A stretch of 64,000 nt of DNA from Alphaproteobacteria bacterium (GCA_018662925.1 JABJFC010000057.1:19194-83193), one strand, 5' to 3'. Positions 30,459-40,265 are shown, numbered from the stretch's first letter. Translations and numbers: made by a program. Notes: generated by a model from the letters alone, not told the origin.

Positions 30459-33400
30459 ATGCTGAATGGATCCAATACAAAAACAATTATAGCTCTATGT
30501 TTTAAGAGTCTGACAATATTCAATTATTATTTTTTTATTGTCGCTTTCTTGCTGATTCCTGAATATTCTCTCAGCACTCGTATTGGAATTTTTGAGGAGT
30601 CAGACGAACCTCCCCCAGGCTTCGAAGCTGTAGATGTTGCTGAAGAGACTAACTATGTGGAAGCCTATTTTTTCGGGAATTTGCTTGGTAGTTCTCTAAT
30701 GACATACCAAGATAACAAGGTAGTTATTAAAAATCCGGGCCTACTTGTAAAGAAAATGAAAGGGCTTAAAGATCCTGAAGCTGTCCTTAAAGCATTAACA
30801 GGAGAAATAGCTGGCAACTCAGAGTTAGCATGTAGTAATGAAAATGCACGACAACCCTGTGGAATTTTAAGTCCCAAAGTAGCTGCAGTTATTTATGACA
30901 GATTCAAAAGAGAATTGTCTATTTTTGTTAATGCAGATCTCTTAGACAAAAAAGAACTTGAATTTGATCAACTGCCACGATCAACGAGTAATTTTTCTTT
31001 CCTGAATAATGTTTTTGTGAATTCGACAGGGAGTAAACGAGAAAGGAACTATACTGTTAACAATAGAAATGTTTTTGCCTATAAAGAGGCATTTATAGAT
31101 ATTGACTCGAGTTATTTCCTGGATGAAGGTGATACGTCTTTATCTACTGTTGGTGAAAAGCGTTTTCGTTTCAGTACAATTACTGGAAATTTGAATAGAT
31201 GGAATAAGACATTTCAGATTGGAACTGTGAGAAATGAAGGAAGTAACTTTCTATCATCTCAGCTTCTTATAGGAGGTAAGTTTTTTACCACACTTAATCA
31301 ACTTACAGACCTAAATAGCGCCCAGTCGACTCCAATAGAGGTTTTCCTAGCTTTACCCGGGGAGGTCCAAGTTTTTAGGGATAAAAAACTTCTGTACGCT
31401 CAAAACTATACGGCTGGCAATCAGTTCATCAATACTTCTAGTTTTCCAGCAGGAAATTACGATGTTCAAATCAAAATTATTGACATAAATGGCAACGTAA
31501 CGGAAACAACACAGGCTTTTGTTAAGACGGAAGTTATTCCTCCATTTGATTATCCATTTTACTATGGGAGTTTTGGATTTATTGAAAATACAGCAAATAG
31601 AACTCAAGAGCTGTTTCCTCAGTTTTTTAATGATTTGGTTGGGCAGATGGGGACGGCTGTAAGAGTAGCTAACTCTTGGGCCTTAGCTGAAAATGTTCAG
31701 TTGGCTCGGAGTGTTGCTGCATCAGAGTCTAGTGTAATTTTTGTCGATTCTGACATAACGTTAAAGGTTGGTGGGTTAATTACAACAAAGAAAAATTATG
31801 GATACTTTTCGGATCTACGTTATAGAGCAAGTTTTTTTTCTGGAGGCGGAAATTTTCTTAGTATGTTTGGTCCAACAAAGGCTCAAAGGAACAAAATAGC
31901 TTCTGAATTTGACCCTGTTTCTGGGACGCGTGTAAGATATTCAGCCTTTCTTAATTTGCCTCTATATAAAGGAAATTTTTTGTTCAACACTAGTTATGGA
32001 AAATCAGATGTTGGGACAAAGAATAGAGCTTACACTGCCACCTTTAGTTATCCTCTTTACAGGGAAAGTGGCATTTTTGCAAATTGGTTAACAAGCTATA
32101 ATGTTAGAAATAACGACAGGCTCTATATATTTGGTATAAATGTGAGTTTTTCCCATGATAATTGGAGACACGCGTTTCGGGGGACTTACAATAGGGAGCA
32201 AGATATTGAAAATCAGCTTAGTGAACGTGATACACAGGATTATACTTTAAGTTCTGCTTGGACAAAATCTGAATCTGGGCGCTATGATTTGGGAGCAGGA
32301 GTGACTGGGAGTCATACTTCAGCGTCTGATTCTTTAAGGCCATCCGTATCATATAGCGATAATTTTGGGCGCTTTCAAAGCAGTGCGTCTTATAGCAAAC
32401 CTATTTCTGGGGCAATTAGTCGGCAGTTTAGTTTTTCGGGGGACACAAGTTTTATTGCTGCAGAAGAGAAGAGCGGTTTCTCGAACTCTTCCCGTAATAC
32501 TACGGGGATTTTTGTGGATGTAATATCTTCTGAGGCTGACCAGGAATTTGAAGTGCTCATTAATAACCGCCCTGCTCAAGTTATTAAGTCAGGAACTGCT
32601 GCATTCATACAACTGTCACCGTTCAAGACTTATATGGTTTCTATTAACTCCTTAGCGGGTAATCTGTATACGTATAATCCTGAACCAAAGTTTGTCACTT
32701 TGTATGAGAGTAATATTCAACCACTTTCGTGGGAAGTGCAAAAAGTGTTTTTGCTTATTTCACAGTTTGTAAGGCCTGATGGAAGTTTTGTCCAATATGC
32801 AGGTGTGGAAGGTGGAGTTGATTTAGCCCAAACAGATGAAAATGGGTATATTCAAGTTGAAATTCCTGAGGGGACAGAAAAATTGTTTGTTGAACCCATT
32901 GAAGGAGCTTTTTGTGAAGTTAAGGTTGGCGGGTTGGCTCCGGAAGATAACTATGTATATAAGGAGAGTATAGTCTGTGTTCCTACAAAGAAGAGGCCAA
33001 AAAGAATTGATAATAAAAGAGAGAATAAATATGAAGGGGAAGTTCTTTTTGAAGAACTTAAGAAGGATGAAACTTCAGAGGGGAAAATAGAAGGTGATAT
33101 ACCTGTTGTTACAGAAGAGGAGATTCAATCACCATCGCAGAAACAGCCAGATCATTTGAATGCTATCGATCCTGGAAAGACTAGTTTTGAGGAAGAGTCC
33201 ATGGAAGGAGTTCAAGATCAAAAAGAGATGGCAGAAGAGAGTATTCAAGAAGAAGTCGGTGCAGGAGTTTCTTCGCAAGAGAATATTCAGCCTGAAGATA
33301 ATATCGAGGATCTTGATGGAATTTCTTCAAAATCGAAACCAGTGATTGAAGAATCGGTGCACAGAGAAATACCAATGATTGATATCGATAAAAATATTAA

Positions 33401-34043
33401 TAAAACAACTGAGAACAAGAAAGCAACAAGATTTAGTAAAGAATTAGTTTATCAAGAAGGGAAGCCAGCTATTTCACCAAAACGAGCTAAGCCTATGAAT
33501 AAGAAGTTTAAGAAAGAACTGGTTCATCAAGAAGGGAAATCAGAAGGAGCTGAAAAGAAGGGTACATCTACAAACAAAAATTTTGAGAAAGAATTAGTTC
33601 ATCAGGAGGGCAAATTAGTTGATCTAGTAAAACAAGGCAAGGCATCGGGCAGACAGTCTGAAAAAGAACTGGTTTATCAAGTGCGTGATTCTTCAGTGAA
33701 CAGGGCAAGTGGTCAAGCAGTAAATCCTACTAGAGTGACTAAATCTGTAAAACGCCTAAAGGAGCTGGTATATCATGAGGTAATTCCTGCTGTTGAGAAA
33801 GCTATGAACAAAAAATCTACGCAACGCCCTGAAGTCGGTCCGACTAAGAATAAGGTTTACGGAGAGAATAGTCTATTAGGGATAGTTCCTAAAGAAAAAG
33901 CCAAAAAAGGTATCAAAACAGGGCCCATCCCAAAAAAGGCTGTGTATTATGAAAAAGGACATCCTGAAAGTCTTGGAGAAAAGACACCTTCCTCGAATAG
34001 AAAAGAGCTCGTTTATCGAGAAGTTTCTTTTCTAGAGCGGTAG
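30459..34043 (+). CDS. Outer-membrane usher, CS1/TcfC-like family, with ~350-aa charged repetitive C-terminal extension
   Basis: N-terminal PPPGF and C..CGILSP E-set-like segment, PIEVFL..V.VFRD..LL..AGNQ..FPAGNYDVQIKI, TDENGY and C-terminal Cys pair; next to chaperone and pilin genes. Confidence 0.82.
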   Translation: MLNGSNTKTIIALCFKSLTIFNYYFFIVAFLLIPEYSLSTRIGIFEESDEPPPGFEAVDVAEETNYVEAYFFGNLLGSSLMTYQDNKVVIKNPGLLVKKMKGLKDPEAVLKALTGEIAGNSELACSNENARQPCGILSPKVAAVIYDRFKRELSIFVNADLLDKKELEFDQLPRSTSNFSFLNNVFVNSTGSKRERNYTVNNRNVFAYKEAFIDIDSSYFLDEGDTSLSTVGEKRFRFSTITGNLNRWNKTFQIGTVRNEGSNFLSSQLLIGGKFFTTLNQLTDLNSAQSTPIEVFLALPGEVQVFRDKKLLYAQNYTAGNQFINTSSFPAGNYDVQIKIIDINGNVTETTQAFVKTEVIPPFDYPFYYGSFGFIENTANRTQELFPQFFNDLVGQMGTAVRVANSWALAENVQLARSVAASESSVIFVDSDITLKVGGLITTKKNYGYFSDLRYRASFFSGGGNFLSMFGPTKAQRNKIASEFDPVSGTRVRYSAFLNLPLYKGNFLFNTSYGKSDVGTKNRAYTATFSYPLYRESGIFANWLTSYNVRNNDRLYIFGINVSFSHDNWRHAFRGTYNREQDIENQLSERDTQDYTLSSAWTKSESGRYDLGAGVTGSHTSASDSLRPSVSYSDNFGRFQSSASYSKPISGAISRQFSFSGDTSFIAAEEKSGFSNSSRNTTGIFVDVISSEADQEFEVLINNRPAQVIKSGTAAFIQLSPFKTYMVSINSLAGNLYTYNPEPKFVTLYESNIQPLSWEVQKVFLLISQFVRPDGSFVQYAGVEGGVDLAQTDENGYIQVEIPEGTEKLFVEPIEGAFCEVKVGGLAPEDNYVYKESIVCVPTKKRPKRIDNKRENKYEGEVLFEELKKDETSEGKIEGDIPVVTEEEIQSPSQKQPDHLNAIDPGKTSFEEESMEGVQDQKEMAEESIQEEVGAGVSSQENIQPEDNIEDLDGISSKSKPVIEESVHREIPMIDIDKNINKTTENKKATRFSKELVYQEGKPAISPKRAKPMNKKFKKELVHQEGKSEGAEKKGTSTNKNFEKELVHQEGKLVDLVKQGKASGRQSEKELVYQVRDSSVNRASGQAVNPTRVTKSVKRLKELVYHEVIPAVEKAMNKKSTQRPEVGPTKNKVYGENSLLGIVPKEKAKKGIKTGPIPKKAVYYEKGHPESLGEKTPSSNRKELVYREVSFLER
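33438..34040 (+). repeat. Intragenic repeats encoding KELV(Y/H)(Q/H/R)E motifs in the usher tail
   Basis: Starts at 33438, 33513, 33588 and 33663 (75-nt period), plus copies near 33759 and 34000. Confidence 0.85.
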
Positions 34044-34184
34044 ACATAAGGATTTTATTGTTGTCATTAAATAGAAGAGATGTCTTATTAAGAATTTCCT
34101 AATACATCTTCAGGTTTTTTTGTGTTACTATTTACTTGTATTGTTGTTTTAATTATTTGTTTAGTTCAATTTTAATGGTGGTAA

Positions 34185-34442
34185 ATGATTAAGGTTACTA
34201 TATTATTCTTTTCATTTTTATGTACATTTTGTTTGATAAATGAAGAGGTGTTAGCCAAAAATATAACATACGGTATTTTAGCTCCAGAATTCTCTAAAAG
34301 TCAGCATCAGAAGCTTAAGGAGTGCAACCTAACGTGTTCAGTTTACTTGGGGGGAGCGTGTGCTCAAGTGCCTAATTGCAGCTTTTGTTGTGATAGCCAG
34401 TATGGCCCAGGGACAGAAATACTTCACAATTTTAGTAGTTGA
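34185..34442 (+). CDS. Small exported cysteine-rich protein
   Basis: Hydrophobic N-terminus ending VLA; mature part C-x3-C-x7-C-x5-C-x2-CC. Confidence 0.55.
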   Translation: MIKVTILFFSFLCTFCLINEEVLAKNITYGILAPEFSKSQHQKLKECNLTCSVYLGGACAQVPNCSFCCDSQYGPGTEILHNFSS

Positions 34443-34504
34443 GCCAAGAGACAGCCCACTGTTATTGGGAAGTAAAATTTTTCATGCAATTCTTGTATAA
34501 TGTA

Positions 34505-35239
34505 TTAGTTTGTTTGCCCTGCACTTTTTTTATCTAGAGTCTCTGCAACCGTTTCAAAAGAGACAGGACCTGCTTCAGGGATTTCAAAAGTGTAAGTGTT
34601 TCCAGCATAGAGGCGTTTGCCAGTTACCCCTGTTTCCACACATTTATCAGCTGAAGTGCATTGTTGGATCTTCCCAAAAAGCAGATTTGTATTGCCGATA
34701 TTTTTTACGGTAACAGACTTGCCATTCCGAATTGCAGAAATTTTTGCAACTGGTTTTATAGGAGGTATTACTAACTCAACTAAAAAAGCAACATTTACAC
34801 GTAAAAATAGTCGTTTTTCACCTTGTGAAACTGGTGCTACACGCTTTAGTTGTCCCAAAACGGGCATCACCTTAATTCTGTAGATGCGTTCTTGTTCACC
34901 TGGCGGTTTTAAAAGTGAAACACGAATGCTTCTCCTTTGATTCGGTGCAAGGACTAATTTTGGAGGTGTCAGAAGTAAGCCAACTTCCTTTGGATTTCGA
35001 CTTTCTATGGAACGTTCGTTCGGCATGCCAGGATTCTCAATAAGTTTTAGAGTAGTGCCAACGTATGACTTTTTATCTTTTTGTTGGTTGAAAACTGAAA
35101 TATCTTGATACGGCTTATCTTTTAATTTGAACTGTGTCCTTAATGGAGAGACGATAATACGTGCACACGCATGATGAACACACAGCGTACACGCTAATGT
35201 CATAAAAATTACTTTTGAAAAAAAACTTCGAAGCTGCAT
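34505..35239 (-). CDS. Periplasmic pilus chaperone (PapD-like Ig fold)
   Basis: Signal peptide; LLLTPPKLVLAPNQRRSIR, ERIYRIKVMPV, VKNIGNTN, KRLYAGN. Confidence 0.85.
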   Translation of the reverse strand: MQLRSFFSKVIFMTLACTLCVHHACARIIVSPLRTQFKLKDKPYQDISVFNQQKDKKSYVGTTLKLIENPGMPNERSIESRNPKEVGLLLTPPKLVLAPNQRRSIRVSLLKPPGEQERIYRIKVMPVLGQLKRVAPVSQGEKRLFLRVNVAFLVELVIPPIKPVAKISAIRNGKSVTVKNIGNTNLLFGKIQQCTSADKCVETGVTGKRLYAGNTYTFEIPEAGPVSFETVAETLDKKSAGQTN

Positions 35240-35463
35240 CTTATTCTTTATTATTCATCATATATAATCACTGACCACATGATACTATTACCTAAATCCG
35301 TTGTCAAACCGTGGATGGAAATTAATTTATTATAAAATTGATATTTGCGTTTAAGGTTCATGTTAAATTTTTATATTTCCTGCTGCAAAATTTAGCTAGA
35401 ATGTGTTAAAGTATGTGCTAAAATACTAACAGAGACGGGTAACTTTTAAGGATTTGCGGAAAA

Positions 35464-36117
35464 ATGCGTTATAGTGATTGGAAAGGCCTTTGTTTTCAAG
35501 ACGTGAGGGTGGCTGTTAGGGTTCTTTCAGTGGCACTTTTTCTCTGCTATTTTATTGGTATTTCGTTTTCACAAGCTGGCTCTTCTGGAGGAGGAGGTGG
35601 TGGTGGAGGTGGTGGTCCAGGCGGGGGAAGTCCTTCGAAGGTTATTCCAGTGGGTGCCTCGATAGGGCTCCAAATTTTCATTCAAGATTCTAGTATTGAT
35701 GGACTCACTTTTGATGAAATATTAGATTCAACTGCGGGTGACGTTACGGCTCAGGACAAAATATGTGTCTTTAGCAATGTGAATTTTGGAGGTTTAGCTA
35801 GGGCGTACACAGTGACTGTAACGAGTGATAATGGGGAGTACAAGCTGTTGAATGCAGATGCTGCAGCTGCGGCAACGCCTGGTGGGCAGATGGTATATTC
35901 GATCCAATTTGCCGATAATGTGAATGGCGCTGGTGCACAACAGGTGCCCGAGGGCGCAACATTGACGGGGTTTCAAGCAACTTCTGTTGGTAAGTGTAGA
36001 GGAAACAATCCTGGAAATAATTCTGTTGTTATAGCTACAATTCTGGAGTCGGATTATCAAGCAAAGCTGGCTGGTGACTATCTTGATAATATTACTGTGA
36101 CAGTTGCCTCGCCGTAG
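35464..36117 (+). CDS. Pilin-like subunit with N-terminal poly-Gly linker
   Basis: Signal; QIFIQDSSID, CVFSNV and second Cys shared with neighbours; C-terminal AGDYLDNITVTV strand. Confidence 0.7.
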   Translation: MRYSDWKGLCFQDVRVAVRVLSVALFLCYFIGISFSQAGSSGGGGGGGGGGPGGGSPSKVIPVGASIGLQIFIQDSSIDGLTFDEILDSTAGDVTAQDKICVFSNVNFGGLARAYTVTVTSDNGEYKLLNADAAAAATPGGQMVYSIQFADNVNGAGAQQVPEGATLTGFQATSVGKCRGNNPGNNSVVIATILESDYQAKLAGDYLDNITVTVASP

Positions 36118-36499
36118 ACTTTTCTTTTAAAAAACAATAGCTAATTAGAGTTTTAAGCTAAGCCTAATATAATAATCTTTGAGAATGTGTGTATTCTGAG
36201 TTTTAGAATTGAACCATAGAATAAAACTCAACAAAAACAATCGAATGTATTATTTTTGTATGGGTTTAGCATCTGACATCTCTTGTCCCAATGAAAAACA
36301 GATCATTTATCTCATTGCAACTCCTTAAATGCTTTAGAAAAATGTACCAAAAATAGTTCGGTTTATTATTTTAATTAATTCAAATAGATATTGTTATGCA
36401 ATGAAAAAGAAATAATAACTTTAGACTATTTGTGGTAATATTATATTGAGATGTTTGTTTCATTGTGGTTTTAAAGTTTGTGTTTAAAGAGGTGGAGTT

Positions 36500-37102
36500 A
36501 TGTCAGGAAAGTTTAGTAGCGTTAAACGTTTAAATGTATTTGCTGCAAGTGCTTTAGGCTTGGGGCTGCTCTTGTCTTCGTCAACAGGCATTAAGTCGGC
36601 GTCTGATAGTGATGATATAACTCTGACATTGGCTGTTGGACAACAGATCTTTATACAAGATTCCAGCATTGATAACATAGATTTTGGTACTGTTTCTGAG
36701 GTTACAAGCGGTGATTTAGATGGAACAGATGATCTATGTGTTTTTAGCAATGTGAAGTCAGGCACAGGTAATCAAACTAAGGCCTTTAAGCTTACACTTA
36801 CCACAGCAGAGACGGCAACCTTTCAATTGGAAGAGGACGGTGGAGCCGGCACGATAGCCTACTCTGTGGAATGGATTGATGAAATCGGAGGATCATTTGG
36901 TGATGGTGGAAATAGTACTGTAACGTATAACACCGCTGTTGACGATCAAACTGCGACAACCATTGGTCAGTGTCGAGGGTCGGGTGGAAATGACAATACG
37001 AAGTTGTTTATCCGAATACTTGAGGCAAACTATACTGAATTAGATGCTGCAACGTACAATGGTACTATTACTGCAGTGGTCGCTCAAGCTACGGGCACCT
37101 AA
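36500..37102 (+). CDS. Pilin-like subunit (duplicate A)
   Basis: Signal; two Cys; C-terminal TYNGTITAVVA typical of chaperone-usher pilins. Confidence 0.75.
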   Translation: MSGKFSSVKRLNVFAASALGLGLLLSSSTGIKSASDSDDITLTLAVGQQIFIQDSSIDNIDFGTVSEVTSGDLDGTDDLCVFSNVKSGTGNQTKAFKLTLTTAETATFQLEEDGGAGTIAYSVEWIDEIGGSFGDGGNSTVTYNTAVDDQTATTIGQCRGSGGNDNTKLFIRILEANYTELDAATYNGTITAVVAQATGT

Positions 37103-37263
37103 TACGGGATAGTAATGGCCTTCCATCATTTCGATCGTATGGAAGAATTAAGGAGAGAGCGTTTGTTTTGTGTAGGTAGTTTTGAGTTCTTAATTTTAGC
37201 CTCATCTCAAGGAAAGTTTGTTGAGGCGCTTTAAGTTGATTTTGAAGAGTTGGAGACATAATT

Positions 37264-37866
37264 ATGTTGAGGAAACTTCGTGGTATAGAATCGAGAGTTG
37301 TGTTGGGTGCAAGTTTTTTGGCATTTCTGGTGGCTTTTTTTCCTCCCACAGGCCTGAAGACTGCATCGGATAGCGATGACCTCACCTTAACAATCGCGGT
37401 CGGGCAACAGATATTTATACAAGATTCCAGCATTGACAATTTGGATTTTGGGACGTTAATTGAGTCTACAACTGGTAATTTAGATCAATCTGACGATCTT
37501 TGCGTTTTTAGCAATGTGAAGTCAGGAACAGGTAATCAAACTAAAGCCTTTAAGCTTACACTTACCACAGCAGAGACGGCAACTTTTCAACTGGAAGAAT
37601 CCGGTGGGTCAGGTACCGTTGCCTATTCTGTGGAATGGATTGATGAAATCGGAGGAGCATTTGGTGATGGTGGAAATAGTGCTGTAACATATAACACCGC
37701 TGTCGACGATCAGGCTGCGACGACTATTGGTCAATGCCGAGGATCGGGGGGAACTGACAATTCCAAGCTATTTGTGCGGATAATTGAAGCTAGCTATGAA
37801 GCATTGGATTCTGGGACGTACGATGGAACAATCACTGCAGTGGTCGCTCAAGCGACTGGGACGTGA
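37264..37866 (+). CDS. Pilin-like subunit (duplicate B)
   Basis: Close paralog of 36500-37102; C-terminal GTYDGTITAVVA. Confidence 0.75.
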   Translation: MLRKLRGIESRVVLGASFLAFLVAFFPPTGLKTASDSDDLTLTIAVGQQIFIQDSSIDNLDFGTLIESTTGNLDQSDDLCVFSNVKSGTGNQTKAFKLTLTTAETATFQLEESGGSGTVAYSVEWIDEIGGAFGDGGNSAVTYNTAVDDQAATTIGQCRGSGGTDNSKLFVRIIEASYEALDSGTYDGTITAVVAQATGT

Positions 37867-38013
37867 TTAGTTTGATAATTTTCATTCATTCGAATATATG
37901 AAGTATAAGAGTGGAGGCCATTCTTTTCATTTCTGCTTGGGTGTTTTATTTTCAGTTCCAAGTAGTATATAGTGACGTGGTATGTTTCCGTTTAGCAACA
38001 GGTACGTTTGGAT

Positions 38014-38517
38014 ATGTTTATTAGCCGGAATGGGTTGCAGTTTATTTTGTTTCTTCTAGCATCCTGTTTTGTTTCGCAATGTGCCCAGGGGAAAGTTGCT
38101 ATTTTGTCGCAGAATGGGGATGGGACATGGATGGGGACTTTAACTTTTGGGATCAGTGGATCTGGGTACAATGATTTTTGCATATATCAAACAAAAAAAA
38201 GCAAAAAAGCTAAATCCAAAGGGCAATACCGTTATTCAGTAACCATATCGAGCGATAACAATTTTAATTTAGTAGAACCTGTTTCTGGGGAAAAGATCCC
38301 TTATCGAGTTTACTTTACCGATAAGGCCTCAGACGTTGGTCGGCGTGAAGTATCTAACCGTGTTCCTATTAATAAACTGACAACTTCGATTTCAAAGGAG
38401 AAGAAATGCAAAGAGAATGCTCGATTGCGTGTGATAGCCCCTTCTAAGGGATTTGAGCTAGCTTTGTCTGGGAGGTACTCGGACCACTTAACGGTCACTG
38501 TAGATTCTGATGAGTAA
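38014..38517 (+). CDS. Minor pilin-like subunit
   Basis: Signal; DFCIY, YSVTISSDN, second Cys, C-terminal SGRYSDHLTVTV. Confidence 0.65.
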   Translation: MFISRNGLQFILFLLASCFVSQCAQGKVAILSQNGDGTWMGTLTFGISGSGYNDFCIYQTKKSKKAKSKGQYRYSVTISSDNNFNLVEPVSGEKIPYRVYFTDKASDVGRREVSNRVPINKLTTSISKEKKCKENARLRVIAPSKGFELALSGRYSDHLTVTVDSDE

Positions 38518-38689
38518 GCTTGTAGTAATTCATAGACACATCTTTACTTGCGTAATGATGTGTCAGATAGCAACTTCTAGCGGTGCTTTACTTACATATT
38601 TATCCCATTTATCGCCATGCAACCCCACAAACCCCATTCCATGGACAATGATAGCCTGATATAGTGTTTTGGAGCTTATAGGGGGAGAT

Positions 38690-39589
38690 ATGGTGAAAAC
38701 ACGGCTATTTTATGAAATTATGTTGCTGGTTTTAGTGCTGGTGTGGCCTGTGGCAGGATTTGGAGCCGATTTTGGCCCTGTTTCTGGGGAAATTTGCCAG
38801 AATCTATATAATCAGCCCCCAGCGGATCCAAAGCTGGCTAATTTGGTTGAATATCGCGCCTCTTCTCAGAATCCAGTCTATGTTCTTGAACAAAATCAAT
38901 ATCTTATTATGTCATTCGGGGCTGTGCATGACCTTCAATCCATGTATAATCCCAAAGATGAATTGGAGGTTCCTCTTGTTTATCAAAGGATTATGAGCAT
39001 TGGGGCTGCCTATCCAAAAAATTTGAAGAAGGTGCTTATGCTGGGCTTGGGGGGAGGCCGTCTGACCCAGTATCTGCGTCAGTATCTGAAAAGAGCTGAA
39101 TTTACAGTTGTGGAACTAGATCCAGCTGTTATTAGCGTGGCCAAGGCGCATTTTGGGGTTCAGGAAAAGGATAAGCATCTTAAAATTGTCCAGGCTGATG
39201 CATGGGAGTATCTTAAAGATTCTAAAGACAAATTTGATCTCATTCTCGTGGATGTTTGTGTGAGTGACACAGTTCCTCCACAGGTCAAGTCGGCAGATTT
39301 CTATAAAGAGGTAAAAGCCCATTTGGCAAAAGGCGGGACCGCTGTTCAAAATGTTTCCCTAAAGCACTATTATTTGGGGGAAGCTGAGGCGGCTATGAGA
39401 GAAGCTTTTGGCGGCTTTGATTCCTTTGAAACCGATATGAACTTTATCCTTGTGGCTCCAGAAATGATCACGAAACATTCAGGTGTTCTTTCCTATCGTG
39501 CCAAGAGTCGTCAAAAGAAGTATTCTTTTCGATATCCTTTGGGCGAATTACTAGGGTGCTTTCATCGGAAAGAACCCATTTCCGACTAA
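38690..39589 (+). CDS. Exported SAM-dependent methyltransferase, spermidine-synthase fold (paralog 4)
   Basis: Signal ending AGFGA; VLMLGLGGG, VVELDP, ADA, FDLILVD; C-terminal SFRYPLGELLGC. Confidence 0.87.
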   Translation: MVKTRLFYEIMLLVLVLVWPVAGFGADFGPVSGEICQNLYNQPPADPKLANLVEYRASSQNPVYVLEQNQYLIMSFGAVHDLQSMYNPKDELEVPLVYQRIMSIGAAYPKNLKKVLMLGLGGGRLTQYLRQYLKRAEFTVVELDPAVISVAKAHFGVQEKDKHLKIVQADAWEYLKDSKDKFDLILVDVCVSDTVPPQVKSADFYKEVKAHLAKGGTAVQNVSLKHYYLGEAEAAMREAFGGFDSFETDMNFILVAPEMITKHSGVLSYRAKSRQKKYSFRYPLGELLGCFHRKEPISD

Positions 39590-39617
39590 TGTAAAGTCTG
39601 ACTTTACATTAGTCGGA
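39581..39617. repeat. Perfect 18-bp inverted repeat with 1-nt spacer
   Basis: TCCGACTAATGTAAAGTC-T-GACTTTACATTAGTCGGA. Confidence 0.9.
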
Positions 39618-39767
39618 TTTCCATAAAGATTGACTGTGGAAATGGGCTCGGGGAGGGAGCCTGTTTTGCCAAAGTCTCCCCACCCCGTTACACCATTAAA
39701 TTAAAAAACAAAATGAACAAATAATATTGTATAATAGAATTAAATATAAAATTTTACTGTGGTGGTC

Positions 39768-40265
39768 ATGTTGAATAAATATTTAAGTATTATTACTTTA
39801 TCTATTGTTTTATGTGCATTTTCTGAGGCGCAGGCGTCGGGGGTGAATGGCTCTTTTCAAGTATCTGCGACTGTTTCGGCTTCTTGTTCTGTATCAACTA
39901 ATGATCTAAATTTTGGAAATTATAATAGCGGTCAAAATGGCGATTTGGATGCGACGGGACAGCTGGGAGTAGCCTGTACCAACGATACTTCCTATACAAT
40001 TGATGTGGGAACGGGATTATATGGGAACGGATCTAGCAGGAAATTGAAGAGTGGCAATTCGGCGACGGCATCACTGAACTACCAAATTTATAAAGACGCA
40101 GGCAGAAATAGTGTCTGGGGCGAAGGATCAGGCGGAGCCAGTAAAGTAGCAACCGGAACGGGCGGACAACAAAGCCACGCTATGTATGGTCGGATTCCCG
40201 CGGGACAATCGGGAATGCCCACTGGTGCGTATTCAGATCATGTAATCGTCGAGGTAACATTTTGA
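39768..40265 (+). CDS. Csu-type fimbrial subunit (spore coat protein U domain)
   Basis: Signal; FQVSATVSASCSVSTNDLNFGNY, LNYQIYKD, YGRIPAGQ, GAYSDHVIVEVTF. Confidence 0.9.
   Translation: MLNKYLSIITLSIVLCAFSEAQASGVNGSFQVSATVSASCSVSTNDLNFGNYNSGQNGDLDATGQLGVACTNDTSYTIDVGTGLYGNGSSRKLKSGNSATASLNYQIYKDAGRNSVWGEGSGGASKVATGTGGQQSHAMYGRIPAGQSGMPTGAYSDHVIVEVTF

Noticed and set aside
35351..35366. CtrA-like box between the chaperone and the first pilin
   Set aside because: Spacing is TTAA-N8-TTAA rather than N7, in a very AT-rich context
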